Of a DNA stretch of 64,000 bases, positions 13,501 through 26,783 are shown in pieces. The first letter of the stretch is position 1; each line of letters starts with the position of its first letter. Position numbers and translations under genes: made by a program. The stretch comes from Eutreptiella sp. 'Long Island Sound 2002' (Eukaryota > Protista > Euglenida). A model generated the notes under the pieces. The model saw only the letters and a list, made by a program, of their open reading frames with translations, had not been told where the DNA came from and did not search any database. Location of the stretch: contig OZ038378.1 of NCBI GenBank assembly GCA_964036045.1, forward strand, positions 9,114,001 through 9,178,000. Direction: 5' to 3'.

Positions 13501-16500
13501 GGACACAGGAATCGTGCGCCAGTTGGGATTGGCGGTGGTGGGGGGTCCCAAACACATACAAGTTGCCACTGGCTGAGTCACAGCATCCTGTAGAAAACGA
13601 GCTGAGGAAATTGCAGTCCAGCCCGTACAAGCAGGTTTCCATAAAAGTGACAAGATGCACCAGTCCTTCAGCCTCCACCCAAGAGGGATGGGGGGGCAAT
13701 TGCTGGCTAGGCTCCACCTGCCACGCGCTACCATAGTATGTTGCAGGAAATACAGCCCCCCCCCCCCCGGTTTTTTTGTTGGCAAAATTGCCCATGATCT
13801 GGCTACAAGCGTTGGGGGTATGTAGCCATTTTGGCTCCACCCCGGAAGGGGTATGCAGATGACCGATGTGATTCTAAGTATGCAAAATTTTTTTCGACCC
13901 TCATGTGAGTATTCATCATTTGAACGCAGGTGAATCATCTGGGATGAATCCTCAAAGCCCCTTTGCAAGAGCCACGGTAAGGTACCAAAAACGAGTGCAG
14001 CACTTTGGCAACATCCTCTGTCACAAACACCCACCAAACCCCCTGCCAAAATCACCCCAATTATCCCTGACCAACCCCCCCCAAAATATCCAAAAATATC
14101 CAAAGATGCATGGTGGAGGCACCAAATAGGCTATACCACAACAGCACATTGGGGTGGACACCACACCCAAGCAATCAGGCGTGCCTAAGTCTCAGTGTAA
14201 AGTTGCTGGCTTCACTTATTTGGTGTTTGACGCAACCTCCAGTAAAAAAATTGTATTTGCCTTAGCAAAAAACAAGTGACTGGCGATAAGATTTTTCTTG
14301 TACTCGACTTACATTTTCCCCTGTTGATACTGTGTGCCATGAGTCATACGCATGTATGTTGCATGTTGTATGGATGTATGTACATTCACTAATGCAGATT
14401 GCATTTGGGGGAGCCTTAAGCGCAGTGCGCGCGCAGTGCAACTATTTGGGCGTCTCGCCGTACTAGAGACTTACTAGAGATTTTGTTCCCTTTGTTGGGG
14501 ACCCCCGAGAATGCAGGGGTGACGTAGCATTTCCGCCCTCTTTTGGGCCCCAACCTTCCGGTGCTATTGAGGAAACCGGGACAATGTTTGAATCCACGCT
14601 TTGTTGCGTGGTGCAATGATGTTCATGGTTTCTACAGGGCACGCATTGAGCACTTGTTTGCACGCATGTGGCACTGGGGCATCGGAAGGAACATATGGAG
14701 GGGATCCGGTACGGAGTTGCATGAGTACGTGCGTGTACTCTTGCATTTGCAACAATTTTTGATTCGAAGACAGGTACGGTACCCTCCATATGGTCCATGG
14801 GAACACGTACCTGCACATGTATGGACCGCACCTACACAGGAGGACAATGATGATGAGGATGTTGTGGGTGATGATGGGGATGTTTGTGCCCTTTGTTGCA
14901 CCAAGTTTGACCCTGAAAAGATGTCCATGTGTGACAAGTGTGAACTGCAATATTGTACGGATTGCATTGACACACACACATGTGACAATGTGACATTTCT
15001 TTGATTCTGCAACTGTGTCATGTTGTGCACACAAGTTGCGTATCCTCAATGTATACTTAGTTGACAATGGACCAGAAAGACAGTTGTGTGTTCTTGAGGG
15101 TGGCGACCAATGCGCTGTTCATGGCCTTTCCAGATGTGCATGATGTGTGTTATGTGAAGGGAAGGTGGTTTGCAACTTTCTTGAGCTGGGGCAGTTTGGG
15201 TCACCTAATTCTAAGGGCGTTTCCAAGGGGTGTGCTTGGGGGCTCTTCGGCGGGAACATAGTCTAAAAGTAGCGCGCAGTGCAAAGATTCCCCCTTTGGG
15301 CCATGTCTGCAAAAGGAACACATGACGTATGATGTGAAATTGCACCGCAAAGCAATTTCTCTGTTTTGCTTGGGGTATGTTTGGTTCCATGATTGAGAGT
15401 GAAGGGACAATTTTGTAGCATGGCACACACAGATGGCTCCAGGGCCTCAGAAATGGGAAATGTATTTTCTTTTTCACCCTCTAGGGGGGAGGGTATGTAT
15501 GGGTATGGGTATGGATAGAGCCCTTGTACCGAGTACCAGGCAAGCACCACCACGTGTCTCACCAGTTGTACTACAGTGTCCTCTTCGGGCTCGTGAGGTA
15601 TCTGGGGCCCGCCACTGCCGTAGCCATGGGCCACGGGCCACGTAGACAGGTGAAACGGGTGTGCTGTGTACTCTCAGCTGTTGCGGGGGGGGGGGGGGCT
15701 CCACGAGTACCCGCCGGGCTGGATGCCTTGCACGGAGGGTGCTGACAGGGCGGCCCATGCATTGAGCTGGTCTCACTGCAGTTCCTCACACGGTGAGGCA
15801 TGGACACTGCCTGGTCCATGCTCTCCCAAGCCAATGGCTGAGAGTCACAACCCCCCACTGGTAAGGGTCCCTTGCTACCCTCTTGGAGGACTGACCTGTC
15901 AGGGTGATCCACAGGCCATGGACCCCTCATGAGCATCCGCGGGCTCCAGGCCATTTGGTACACTCTGAGGATTAAACCCTGCCAGTCCACAAGACCTCTT
16001 GTGACAGTGAAGCCCATGGACAGTCCCGAGGACTGATCACTCAGGGTGGGCCACAGGCCACACACGCCTCTTGAGCATCCATGGGCTCCAGGCCATGCAG
16101 GACACTCTGAGGGTTTAGCCCTGCTGGTCCACAGGTCCTCTTGTGGCATGGACACCTCCCACTCATGCACAGCCACAGTTGAGTGAGCTAAGACACCGGG
16201 CTCCTGGCCACTGGTACCCAGGGGACACAGAACTGAGCGTGCACGATACCCCACCCTGCCATGCGGAAATCAGGCTCTCCTGGAGACCATGACTGGCAAC
16301 CCCTATTTCTTCCACTTGGTCTGGCAGTGGTAGGGCTGCCCCATCCAGATAGCACCTTCCCCAGGGGGTGGTGTGCCCTGGTGGTGGAGGCCCCCTGTCC
16401 AGGCCCATCTGACTCGGCTCTCGGGGAAAGGGGGGGGTTTATGTGCCACCACCTGGGGAGAGGAGTTTCCCTTACCCCCTTCCCCATGCCGCTGCACGAC

Positions 16501-19500
16501 CCACTACCATGTTGTTGGGCTTTCCACCTGCCGCAATGGTGCTCGTGGCTGTTCCCAGGATCAACCAGCACAAGGGCAGTGCCAACAGTTGGACAAGGAG
16601 CGTGAGGCTTTGAAGGTACAATGCATGCACCCTCGGAGAGGCATATCCTGAGACCCCAAGATGTTGAGGTTTGGCGATGAGGGGTGTTTCAGAAATTGAG
16701 AGTGCATTAGTGGAGCAGAGTCTGCTCATGAAGGAGGAGTTTGGGTGTGAACACAGAGTCCAAATCCTCATCACTCCACTTGCAGCAGAGCAGCCTGTGA
16801 TGCACGGGGGAGCCAGCACCATCACGAGTACATCTATTGTCCTGTCAGAGGGGGGGGCTTTGTCACCGATCAGGATCTGTTGATGTCAGGTGCGTCGGGC
16901 GGAGCCGTCTGCTGCAGTGAGATTGCTGGTCCCTGCGGTGGCTGGGCGATGCAGTACAAACTTCTGCCCTTACGTGTGTTCTTGGGAATGTGGTATGCAT
17001 CACCAACGTGGAATTGATATGCAGTTGCGCATGGGAGACCAACACCACATGCGTTGCTTTTGCGCATAGGGGCTGGAGCGGTCAGGCTGGTAGCTAGGAA
17101 GCCGTCTTGTGCCCCTAACAAAACGAGCTGCGGCACCAGGGGCGGACAACACAGGCTGTGCCACCAGCCCTCAAGGAGAGGTTGGAATGGGGTCACTGTC
17201 ACCGACTGCATAAAAGTGAGGTAACGGGGCTCTTGCACACTGTAGCAGGGTACTGAAGTATCATACACTATTGAAAGGGATAGTGCAAGATAAATGTAAT
17301 TTGGATGTCTGTTTGGGGTTTTAATTTGACCTATCATTGCAACAAAATGGGTATCCCCTTCCCCGGGGAGCATGGGGGGATAGATTGGAATCTGCATGTT
17401 ACAAATTGCCTTTGCATATTTTCGCAGGTCTCTTTGCTGAACATCATTTCTGCCGCTGGCGCTGCAGCACCGTCGAGCGAGGTTGTTGTCCCACTGATGT
17501 ATACCTACGGCGCCACAGTAGGGGGCCCTCCAACGTGTTGATTGCTGAGGGCATGCATTCTGTTGATGTGTGGGTGGGGGGGAGGGATTTACGAGAGCAC
17601 CAGAACCGCTGAGGGTTGTTGAGGGTGGGTGATATATGTTGAGGTTACCGAGCTGGTGGAACCAGTCTTGGTTTTATAACCCTTTTTAGTGTCTAGGGTG
17701 GACCTACCAGGTTTAGCAGCAGCAGCAGCAAGGAGCAAGCAGCAGCAGCAAGCAGCAAGCAGCAGCACGCGCGAAATGGGTAAAAATCAGATTTCCGTCG
17801 TGGTGCTTCAGATTCGGGTGAAATTTTGGTGGATGATACCTATGGGTGTGAAGTACAATCACACAAAGTTTGAGCAAGAAACTCAACGGTGGCGGCCAGG
17901 AACGGGATTCGCAAGTGGCGGACCTCAGTTTCAAAATCTGCAGTTTAGGGCCAAAAACAGCCATTTTTGGGCCAAAAATGCCCTGGAACACATTCAAAAC
18001 GGCCAAACGAAGGGAAACGGTGGGTACACTCCACGTGCCGCTTGACTTCCCCGTGTCAACGAGCTCTTTGCGGCCCTCTAACTCCATGATATGCCGCGGA
18101 AGCGGCCCAAAAAGGCCCCCAGAAGCTCCAACTGCCGACAGCCACAAACCAAGAATAGGCCATATCTTTGGCTACATGGCTCAAAATGCGATTCCGAGGG
18201 CACCTACTCCACCCGCAACCCCCCACGTTTTGTGGTTTCCACCCCTCAGAATTGCCCAAACGGACGCCTAGACCCCAATAACTAGGCCCACTAGGCTGTG
18301 GCAAGCTGCAAGCTCAAGCCCAAAGAGGTGGGTACCCAAATGGGTCAACAGGGTCCGAAAGGGGTAAAAATGTGACTTTCCGCAAAAATGATCCTAGACC
18401 ATGTGCGACGCTAAAACAAGTGTTTTTGGACTGTTTTGAGCTTGTGGTGGCCCATTTGGGTCCTCCAAAAATCCCAAAATGCCTTGAAAATGGGCTGTTT
18501 TGGGACCAAAAATGGGTCAAAAATGGGTCAAAAACACATTTTTCCAAAACTCATCGTAGACCATTTGGGGTGCACAAAAGGGTGAAATGAGCCCATTTTG
18601 AGCCCATTTTGGGGCATTTTGGCCCCTGAGAAGTCCAAAAAGCCTTGAAAGTGGGCGTCGTGGTGATGGGGTTCAGGTGCATTTCACTTTGTCAAGAGCC
18701 ATCAATGTGTGAATCATTCTTGATGTCCCTCACCATTCATATCTAATGTTCCCTCCCCCACCAGCTCGGTCCCAATATTCAGTCTTGATTAGCTGTTGAG
18801 GGCTGTGGAGGGTTTGTTGAGGTTTCCTGGGGGAGGTCAAGTGTTGTTCATGGTTGAAGGTTGGTGAAGATTGAGTGAAGGTTGTTGAGGGCTGTTGAGG
18901 GTTGAGGGATTGTATCACACTTGCCACTGGCCTCCGGCACCTGAGGTAAAGTCTGAATGAGTTCTACTGAGCATGTCACTCGAAGCAGCTGGTTCCCTCT
19001 AAGTGCTGGCCGCTCTCAACGAACGTCGGCAGCAAACACAAACCTTGGAAGCCACTAATAGCCCTCACCAACCCTCTGAACCAGACTTGCCGCCAGCATC
19101 CAGCAGGAAAATCACGTCTCATCATGGACCGGCCCCATAGCAGGGGTCACTGAGGCATACCTGCCCAGTCTTGTGGGTTGTTGATGGCTGTTGAGACATG
19201 TTGGCGATTGTTGACGGATGGGGGGCGGGGGAGTTGAGGTTTGGTGAGGGTTATTCAGGGCTGTTGATAGTGGCGTTGAGAGCTGTTGATGGTTATTGCT
19301 GTTGGGGACGGTTGTTGACGGCCGTCGAAGGCTGTTTTGTATTCCCCTCCTCGTTCTGCTCCTCGTTCTGTATACAGAACGAGTATGAATTCGCCCTCCT
19401 CTTGCTGTATACAGAGCGGAGCACTGGATGTCTATGTCAACTGCATCGGGGGATTGCTGCAACAGAAGTCCAAGGTGTGTATCTGTGGAAGCGGCAGCCA

Positions 19501-20295
19501 GGGTATGAGGGGCACTGGTCAAGGCCCATGGACCCCTGCCCCTTTTTCGGTGTCATATATCCCCCGCCCCGCTGCCCCACGAGGTCAATAGTCCGACTGC
19601 CCAACGGGTCTACAGCGATGCATCCATTTCCCCTTCACGCATTTTGCCGGCCAGGCCATTGTGCAGCCAATATGAATTATGGAGCCCAAGGGGCCGAAAA
19701 AGTCTGGCAGGATTCAAAAACGCTTGAAAAGCAAATGGTCATTTTTCACATTTTCTGAAGTCTGGGGTCCTGGTGGCATTCGGGGCAGTCAGGCCCAATG
19801 AGCCCTTTCTTGGCGGCGGGGGGTTCATGAATTTTGGCATTGGGGAAGGTCCAGGTAGAGGGCTCCAACCCCCAGTTTAGAAGGAGGCAGGCGTAGATCG
19901 CCCCGACAGTCGTTCGTCCGTTTCATTTGTCTGTTTGTTGTTGTGTTGTCGTATGTCCTGCACATATGGTGTTGTGGCTGTGGGCGCCATCTGCGGTGTT
20001 GTGGCTGTCGACATCATCCTGGGCCTCGATTACCAGTGCCACAGACACGCACCTTCCTTCCAGGCTCGTTTCAGTCTCCTCCTCAGTCCTCTTGGGGTCC
20101 TCGCGGACTACCGCCGCGAGGCCGGACATGGGCTGCTGCCGCGGCACCGGACGTGCGCATCCGCTAACCCCAGCCTTTTTGAAGTTGCCCCCCCTTTTTG
20201 TCACAGACCCACGGCTTTGGCTTTCTCAGGAAATCACGGAGCTCGTGGGCTATTGTACTAAGCTCCTGGACCAAAAGGAAGAAAGCCCCAAGTGA
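483..20295 (+). CDS. Multi-exon coiled-coil protein (about 270-300 aa); C-terminus weakly reminiscent of a TACC-type tail
   Basis: Phase-0 exons bounded by AG/GT: 483-662 (MTESRAE..ITSLMN, donor GTATGT), 965-1120, 5884-5946, 8185-8247, 9523-9648, 10042-10095, 13298-13339, 16559-16615, possibly 17428-17517, and terminal 20230-20295 (EITELVGYCTKLLDQKEESPK-TGA). The joined sequence is E/Q/K/L-rich with heptad periodicity. The true 5' start is uncertain and may lie upstream. Confidence 0.75.
3337..5476. mobile_element. Non-autonomous Mutator-like (MULE/foldback-type) DNA transposon in an intron of the coiled-coil gene
   Basis: 9-bp direct repeat GCCCACAAT at 3328-3336 and 5477-5485. Termini GGGTCTGTAGTGAAACCTAGTA vs reverse complement GGGCATTTGGTGAAACCTAGTA. 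Subterminal arrays of AACCTAGTAAAAAAA / TTTTACTAGGT at both ends. Confidence 0.75.
3846..5036 (+). pseudogene. Ulp1-like (C48) cysteine protease + Cys/His zinc finger + SAP-like tail, two in-frame TAG stops
   Basis: One reading frame throughout. VYNLSNSHWVLRLLL (His 4083), LKFDPM (Asp 4143) and QLDGVSC (Gln 4323, Cys 4341) match the Ulp1 H-D-Q-C order. Then CFSC-x7-CHEC-x4-C-x2-H-x4-C and GELKTAL...TKADLIFKR. Stops at 4239 and 4320. Confidence 0.65.
7870..8162. repeat. CA/ACC-rich low-complexity tract
   Basis: Imperfect (CA)n and CACCC runs just upstream of exon 8185. Confidence 0.85.
10469..10546. repeat. (GA)39 microsatellite
   Basis: Perfect dinucleotide run. Confidence 0.97.
11178..11310. 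repeat. 10-bp satellite (GGGGAATTAT)n, left arm
   Basis: Tandem imperfect decamers. Confidence 0.92.
11582..11890. repeat. 10-bp satellite (ATAATTCCCC)n, right arm, inverted relative to 11178-11310
   Basis: About 30 tandem imperfect decamers, the reverse complement of the left array. Confidence 0.92.
14407..15294 (+). mobile_element. PIF/Harbinger-like internally deleted element
   Basis: TTT|GGGGGAGCCTT ... AAGATTCCCCC|TTT (3-bp TSD at 14404-14406 and 15295-15297). Contains a transposase C-terminal fragment. Confidence 0.75.
14543..15004 (+). pseudogene. IS5/Harbinger-type DDE transposase C-terminal fragment with B-box-like zinc finger
   Basis: NDVHGFYRARIEHLFARMWHW resembles the YN..H...R..IEH.FG.L motif carrying the catalytic Glu. 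Ends with C-x2-C-x11-C-x2-C-x4-C-x2-C-x3-H-x-C (14885-14983). Confidence 0.65.
15899..16150. repeat. Diverged tandem duplication, unit about 142 bp
   Basis: TCAGGGTG..CCACAGGCCA..GAGCATCC..GGGCTCCAGGCCAT..ACACTCTGAGG occurs from 15899 and again from 16041. Confidence 0.75.
17690..18640. repeat. Probable dispersed repeat of unknown class
   Basis: (GCA)n head and reiterated AAAATGGGTC / CCCATTTT(T)G motifs, no credible protein. Copy number cannot be judged from this window. Confidence 0.35.
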
Positions 20296-23200
20296 TCGCT
20301 ACTGTTGCCACTGCCCTTCTCCTGTAGCCCCTGCTTTCCTCTTGTGGGCATTTCTGTACACTCATTCGTCCCAAGGCTCTTTTGATGTGGGTGCTGCAGA
20401 TTGCTTCGTAGCAGACCCGAGGGGGGAGGCAGAGCCCGAAGCTGGCACCCCATGGCACAACCCTGCACCACTGCTTTCGCCTTCTGCCTACCTTGTTGTA
20501 CAGACTTATTACGGCCATACACATCCGCAAGCCTCGCCTCCTGGGTCAAAACATCAGGCAAGGGCATCCTAGCTGTGATAGAAATGCCCGAAGAGGGCAG
20601 GTCAGGATTAATGAGAGCAGCTTTTATGCATTGGGGAAAATATCATTGCCTCTTTTTTTTTATGTACCTGGTTCTTCCTGCGGTAATGTTTTGCAGTGTG
20701 CAGGATTACTAAGAGAAATACAGCACGGGGCTGGTTCATGATGACATCAAGTTCACTGTCGGATATTTTTGTAATCATAAGCATAAATCACCCTGGGATC
20801 CTTGAACGCCCATGGCGTGCGTATTCTGTGACTCATAGACATGTCTCTCGTCTACCCGTAAAAGAAAAGGAGAACGCCATATGGTGCTTCGCCCCTTCTG
20901 GGTGCTAAAGAGGACTGGACAATTTGTGATTGGTGCAGCCCGGAGAAAGCGTGGAATAGGGAAAGCTGATGGAGCCCAAGCCCAGGTCATGGGGTTTGAT
21001 GGGCATGATACCCCATTGGGATGATGGACGAAATTCCATATTTTGCGTCCCTGGTCCCTCGTCCGTGGATATCAGGTTGCAGCAATTTTCTTGTTTTGGG
21101 TGGCGTTGGGAAGGTGGGGGTCCTGGATGACGAGCAACTAAATTCTTCGATCAACATCCTTCAGCCTGATGCCAGTGCACATGATTATGTCAGGATCCTG
21201 CGGCAGTCCTGACAATGATAGCACGCCCGGGCGACACAGGAATCATTTCATTTGCGCCACACATACCTGCATTGCATCGGGGTGTGCTTTGCGCAACCCA
21301 TGGGGCTCAGCCCTGCTCGTTCCATTGACAAGCTCCTGAGGGACACCAGTCGCCCAGTCCTGGAGGGTGGTGCTGCCTCCCACAGCCCAGCACTGAGGGC
21401 AGGCCTCAGGAGGGTGTGGGGGGCTGTACTTTTTCATACTCTTTTTCTCGATTACCTGTTGCTCACGTCCAAGAAGTGCTTGCCAAACTGAAGAAGTGAG
21501 CATTCCTTTGATATCATGGAATGATTTGACTTTTTTTTTTGTGCACGTCCGCCCCCCACTCACGTATTGCAGCATTCCGTGATTTGGCACTGCTTCTTTT
21601 TGCCTTTCTACGTCTCATCCTTTGCTGTGATGCTACAACCGGCAGAAACGAATTCTTTGAATTCAGGCAGCTGCCTAGAGCAGTGCTCAATTTCTGTGTA
21701 CTGTGCTCATCTTTGGACACTGACCCTCTGACCGCTGATTGTGCTTTGCAGGGGCGCCAGAGCATCAGCCCACACACTACACGTTGTACAGTACGTTACG
21801 GTATGATTCCAGATGAAAGCAGGCACACATGGCGTAAGCAGGTCGTGGGCACGCTTCCACGGAGATCACATGATCCCAGGAGGGAGACTCCCTTGCTCAA
21901 CAAGACCAGTGGTTTCTCCACAGCTAAATCAGCCCCTGTGGCATGGATGGAGGGAACCAATGACAGATGCACCCAGAGGCTCATGCTACTTATCATGCTC
22001 TTCTTTTCCTGCTCATGCTTTGCATACCGTGCCCTATGAGCTGGCAAGGCTGAGCCACATAAGACATCCCCCCATCCCCTCCCAAGTGGTTCTACACACT
22101 CTGACAAGGGGTATATGCTGCTTGAACATGCTGGTATCTGGGGGGTTTGGCTTGTAATTTGACGAAATTAGTGAGCGCAGTATCCCGTTTGGAAGCGGCC
22201 CAAGTGGCCCAGGAAACACAACCAGCACACCACTGGAGACCAACCCCACCCCATTTCGTATTGGGTAGATGCTTGGACAGTATTCGCAAATCCTACCCTC
22301 AAGTGTGCGCACTGTGATTTTGCAAGGGCTGCCTTGCTTTTGGTCTGCTCCAGACGAGCGCTCGCAGACACACCACACCACCCACCTATCGCTTTTTCTT
22401 AGATTTGTTGCTAGACTGCCCTCCGCCTTTTCACTCCAGTGCTTGGCACACTGCCAAAAGTGGCCTTTCTTCTCCCTTTTTTGGCAACTCCAAGCACCTT
22501 CCTGCGCCCTGGTGCAGCCGTTTCCATGGCTGTCATTTTTCCATTCCCCCTTTTTGGTACACAAAGAGGCTGTTAACGATGTGCTGTCAAGCGACATCAA
22601 TCACCAAACAACCTCCACCAACGCAATTCAGCATTCATCTCCGTAGAGTTCTGATTGCCATTTAACCTGCCAACAACCCCCCACCCCCTTCACCCTCTGC
22701 GGCGTATTGATACTCTGACCTGAGTGTGTACAACCGGCTCACCTTCACCACTGCAGTGATGGTGGCACTAAGTTGATAGATCATATATCCCTGGTGCCTT
22801 GCCACTATCCTGTTTGGCAGCGTGGATAGTGGGTGGGGCATTGCAGCGGTGCTCACGCTGGCAGCCTTCCATCTCCTGATTACGTGCACATCATACCAAA
22901 CATCGCATTCCCACCCCCTGCGGTTTGCCCGTGTCTGGGGTGTCCGTATCAGATGTATTTCACACTGTCATGGCTCACCCCAGACCCGGTGGCGGGCAGC
23001 AGTTGTGGTGTTGTGTTTTTTTGCACTCTCTGATGTGAATTCGCTAACAGCCAACTGACTTTGCCAACAGCCAACTGACGCACGTCAGACGAACAACGCT
23101 GCGGAACCTCGGGCGGCATCCACGAGGAGGATGGCAAATGAGGTGGCGTTCTCTGGTGTGAATGGGTGGCGTCTGAGGGGAAATGCGTGATGACGAGATC

Positions 23201-26200
23201 TCAAGTGCAGACAGCGCTGATGGTAGCTGCAAGGGCCTCTGCTTGCCACACTGGGTTCTAACGGCTGGTGACACCCCTGAGCGACTGTGTTTTTCAGTGC
23301 ATGTGGCTTCAGGCTACCCAGCAATTTACAGTGCATGCAGCAGGGCAAGCAGCGTACTTCCGAGACTGCCTGTCTCTGGGATCCCAACCCCAATGTTGCC
23401 CGATGGCAGGGCTGCCCATCGTGAACAGAAACCCTTTGCTGCAGCAACTGGGCTGTTCGTTGGATTTGCTTCTAACAGTATTCGGATGAGAAGTTGGGAC
23501 ATGTAATAGGGTATGCGGGCAACAGTAGGTGAAGACAGGTACTTCCATAGGTCAGTGCAACGTGAGTGAACTGTGATGGTGATAGGAGGTAAGAGTAGTG
23601 TGTTGATGCTTCAGCCGGATATGGTGAGCAGCTCAGACATCTTTGGTGCCTGGTTGTGAAGACTACGCGCACCGAACGGCTGTTTGGACAGTGCAGGGGA
23701 CCACTGGACTCAGCCTGTGCACGAAGCGCGGTGTGCTCTATGTGGGTCCAGGTCGTTGATGGAAACATGCTGCACCAGCATGAAGCCCGTGGCTACCAGA
23801 TGACGCTGTGCATTGTGGAGGTTGAACCGCCAAAATGCGCCTGTCTGCAGCCGTTGCCCTGAGCATATCCGGTGCCAAAGCCCATAACAACAGTGGCTTC
23901 TGACATGCTTCATGAGGGCCTTTGTCCCGGTTCTGGACTGTTCCCATTCAGCAATGGGCCACGCGTCTTTTGGGGGGCAAAGGGGTTTCCTGTTTTTTTC
24001 CCCCCTCAAAACGTCATCCCCTCCTCGCCGTGTTTTTTCCCAGCCAACTGACTTATTCCCTGACCAACAAACTTTTTGCCTGGCGCAGGTATTTCCTCCC
24101 ACAAATTTCCCTTCAGTCGGGATGGCTGTGCACCGGCTGCCGGACACCCCCAATAAATTAAACTGTCAGGCAAAAGTGTCCTGGTATTGGGCCTCAGTAG
24201 CACTAATCCGATGTTGAGAGTCTCCAGCATTTGTCCACCTCAATTTTCATGACTGCTGCCCCCTCCCCCCCCAAAAAAAAGAAAAGAAACGCCCTGCTCA
24301 CAATGTTGTGTACCAAATTGTCTCTTTGCGGACATTTGAACTCCTGTCTATCCTGCAGAAAGGGCATGCTGAGGCGAAGCTGCTGCAACCAGAGAGCCTC
24401 TGGAGCTTCCACGTCATTTGCAGTGGGGCAAAGACCCAACCAATACACTGTGCAATTCAGCCCTATTCTAATTGGAAGGACCCATATAAATTGATTGACT
24501 AAACCTGAGACACCCTTTTTTTACTGAATTCCGGTCTATCTGTACATATTTGGTGCCATATCTGTTGGAATGTCTGGCAACCTGTAGTTCATGTGGGGCA
24601 ACGCAAACTACAGTACTCGGACCTGATGCCACGGAACCAGTACCGTGCTGCGGAGTTAGCAGCTCCAGTAGGCACTTACACCAACCTCCACCACCAAGTT
24701 TGTTTGTGCATGTGTGCTGCCTGCTCTTCCCCTTTTTCTTGCCCCCCATTCTGGTCCGAGATAGGCTTGTCCAGAATAAAGGAGGTGTAACGGCCAAAAA
24801 ACAAGGGCACTACAGGTTTGGTCCTGGTTGTAGATGTGAAGACAATGGTTTAAGTTCATGGTGCAATTATGGTTGATTGCTGAGTCACAACGCTTCTTTT
24901 GTCATCTGGCTGCTGCCTCCGACCAGTTGCGTGCCATTCACTCTGTTTAAAGTTCTATCCCTAGTCAATGGTGCATCAGTGGAGGCTTGTGTTTCATTGT
25001 GTTACTGCCACACCCAAGTCACATACTTCATCCAAGGTACACAGGTCCAAGGTCTTAGCCTGTTGACTCAGAGGCTTTCATTCAAACCCTGTGTACATCT
25101 TGGTTGCACTTCAGTGCTTCAGACATCTAGCAAAACAGAAGTCTGAGGGTTCAAGTCCCACAATGGCATTTTTATGGGTGTCAGCTTGGTACCCCTCCCT
25201 CATTCACCCTTCTTGGAGCACTGGAAATGGTGCACAGTGGGCCTTAGCCCCCCCCCCTAGGCAGCCATTTTTATCAAGGGTTGTGGGAAGAGTGTTGCAT
25301 GCACCCGTCTTTGTGTCACTGTTGGGGCCTGTGGAGACCCTCTTGCATCTATTTGCATCTTGGGTGGCCCCAACCCAAGATGCAAATAGATATTTTTGCA
25401 CCCTTAGCAGAAAATGGCCATTTTGGGTTGTGTGGCACGGTGGTGGGTAAAACTTGGTAGACCCACTGTGGCCATGATGCCTGGATCCAAGGCTCCAGTC
25501 CACTTTTTTTTTGTTACCAATGGTTGGGATCCTAGATTCTCTCTCTAGATACTCCGTGGTCCTTTTTGGGCTGCACGGGTGAAGACTTTGCCACTATTAG
25601 GCGAGTTTGGGTTAGCTAAAAGGGGTGCACCGTGCACCGTGCAATCGCTAATTGAAAGTAGGCTATTTTGGGCACCTGATGTTGTTGCAGTTCCTCAAGC
25701 ATTGTTGTTTGGCCAAAGGGGGGAAGGTGGGGCAGTGGATTGGGCATCACTGCTGCATCATTTGCCCACCACCTACCTGCAAATGCTTTATGAAATGGGC
25801 ACCCTGAGCTCCGTGCATGGTGATACAGTTTTTGGGGGCCTGTTGCAAGACATCTCACATCCTTCCTCATTTCTTAGTCCCGTTTTCTCATTCTCCATAG
25901 ATCTCAGTTTTGTAGGGTTGTGTATGACATTTGGTTGGGGTTGCGTGAGGATTTGCATGCAAATGCGTGCATCCTCTTGCATTTTACGCAATTCATGGTG
26001 AAGAGGCAAATATGGCATCAACCTTACGGCCCATGGGGGCACATTCCGCACTCCGTTGGGAGAGAGGACGAAGCCCCTTGAGGTTGATGAGGAAGAGAAT
26101 GGTTCCCATCTTTGCCAAGTTTGCCGCAAAATTGAGATATTGGAACATTCTTGCACGAGCATGCTTGTGATATTGGTGTCCCTGAGGAGCCACTGATTTC

Positions 26201-26783
26201 TTTGAATATTTCACATGGCTATCTCATGTGGCGACGAATTAATGTGTTGTGACCAAAGAGGATATCCACTGGGACCACAACTCAATTTGAGAACATGCAA
26301 TTATTCAATGTTGTTTTTGCCGTGTGCACGTATGCTTCCCCAAAGGTGGGTGCATTTCATGGTGGTCACGGGAAAGGTGAGTCATGATTTGGCACGGTGC
26401 ACGTGCTATGCAAAAATGCCCTCAATATTGCAATTTTTGGTGACCTCCTATGGCCACTAGGTTCCCTTGCGTCGGGCGTGGGTAATCGTTTGGTGACAAT
26501 GGGAGCACATGCAAACAAACCCATGTGGACCGTGCAGCACCAAGTACACCCACCTATTGGGGTCCATGGACCCATGAAAGCGCCGTTTGTATTGACGGAT
26601 AGGCAAAACTAGAGGCCCCTTTTGTGGTGCATTGTTAGGGGCAATTTTTTCGGAGGTGAATTTGCATGAGAATTTTTTTGACATTTTGTGCTCAGAGCAT
26701 AGCAGTTGAGGTTACACTGGACGCAACACACACGTGTTGCTCAAAGCGAAGCCCGATGGACCCTAGATGGCCAGCAATCTTAA

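Noticed and set aside
16671-16883. EIESALVEQSLLMKEEF as an extra coiled-coil exon
   Set aside because: The available acceptor is phase 1 and does not fit the phase-0 neighbours.
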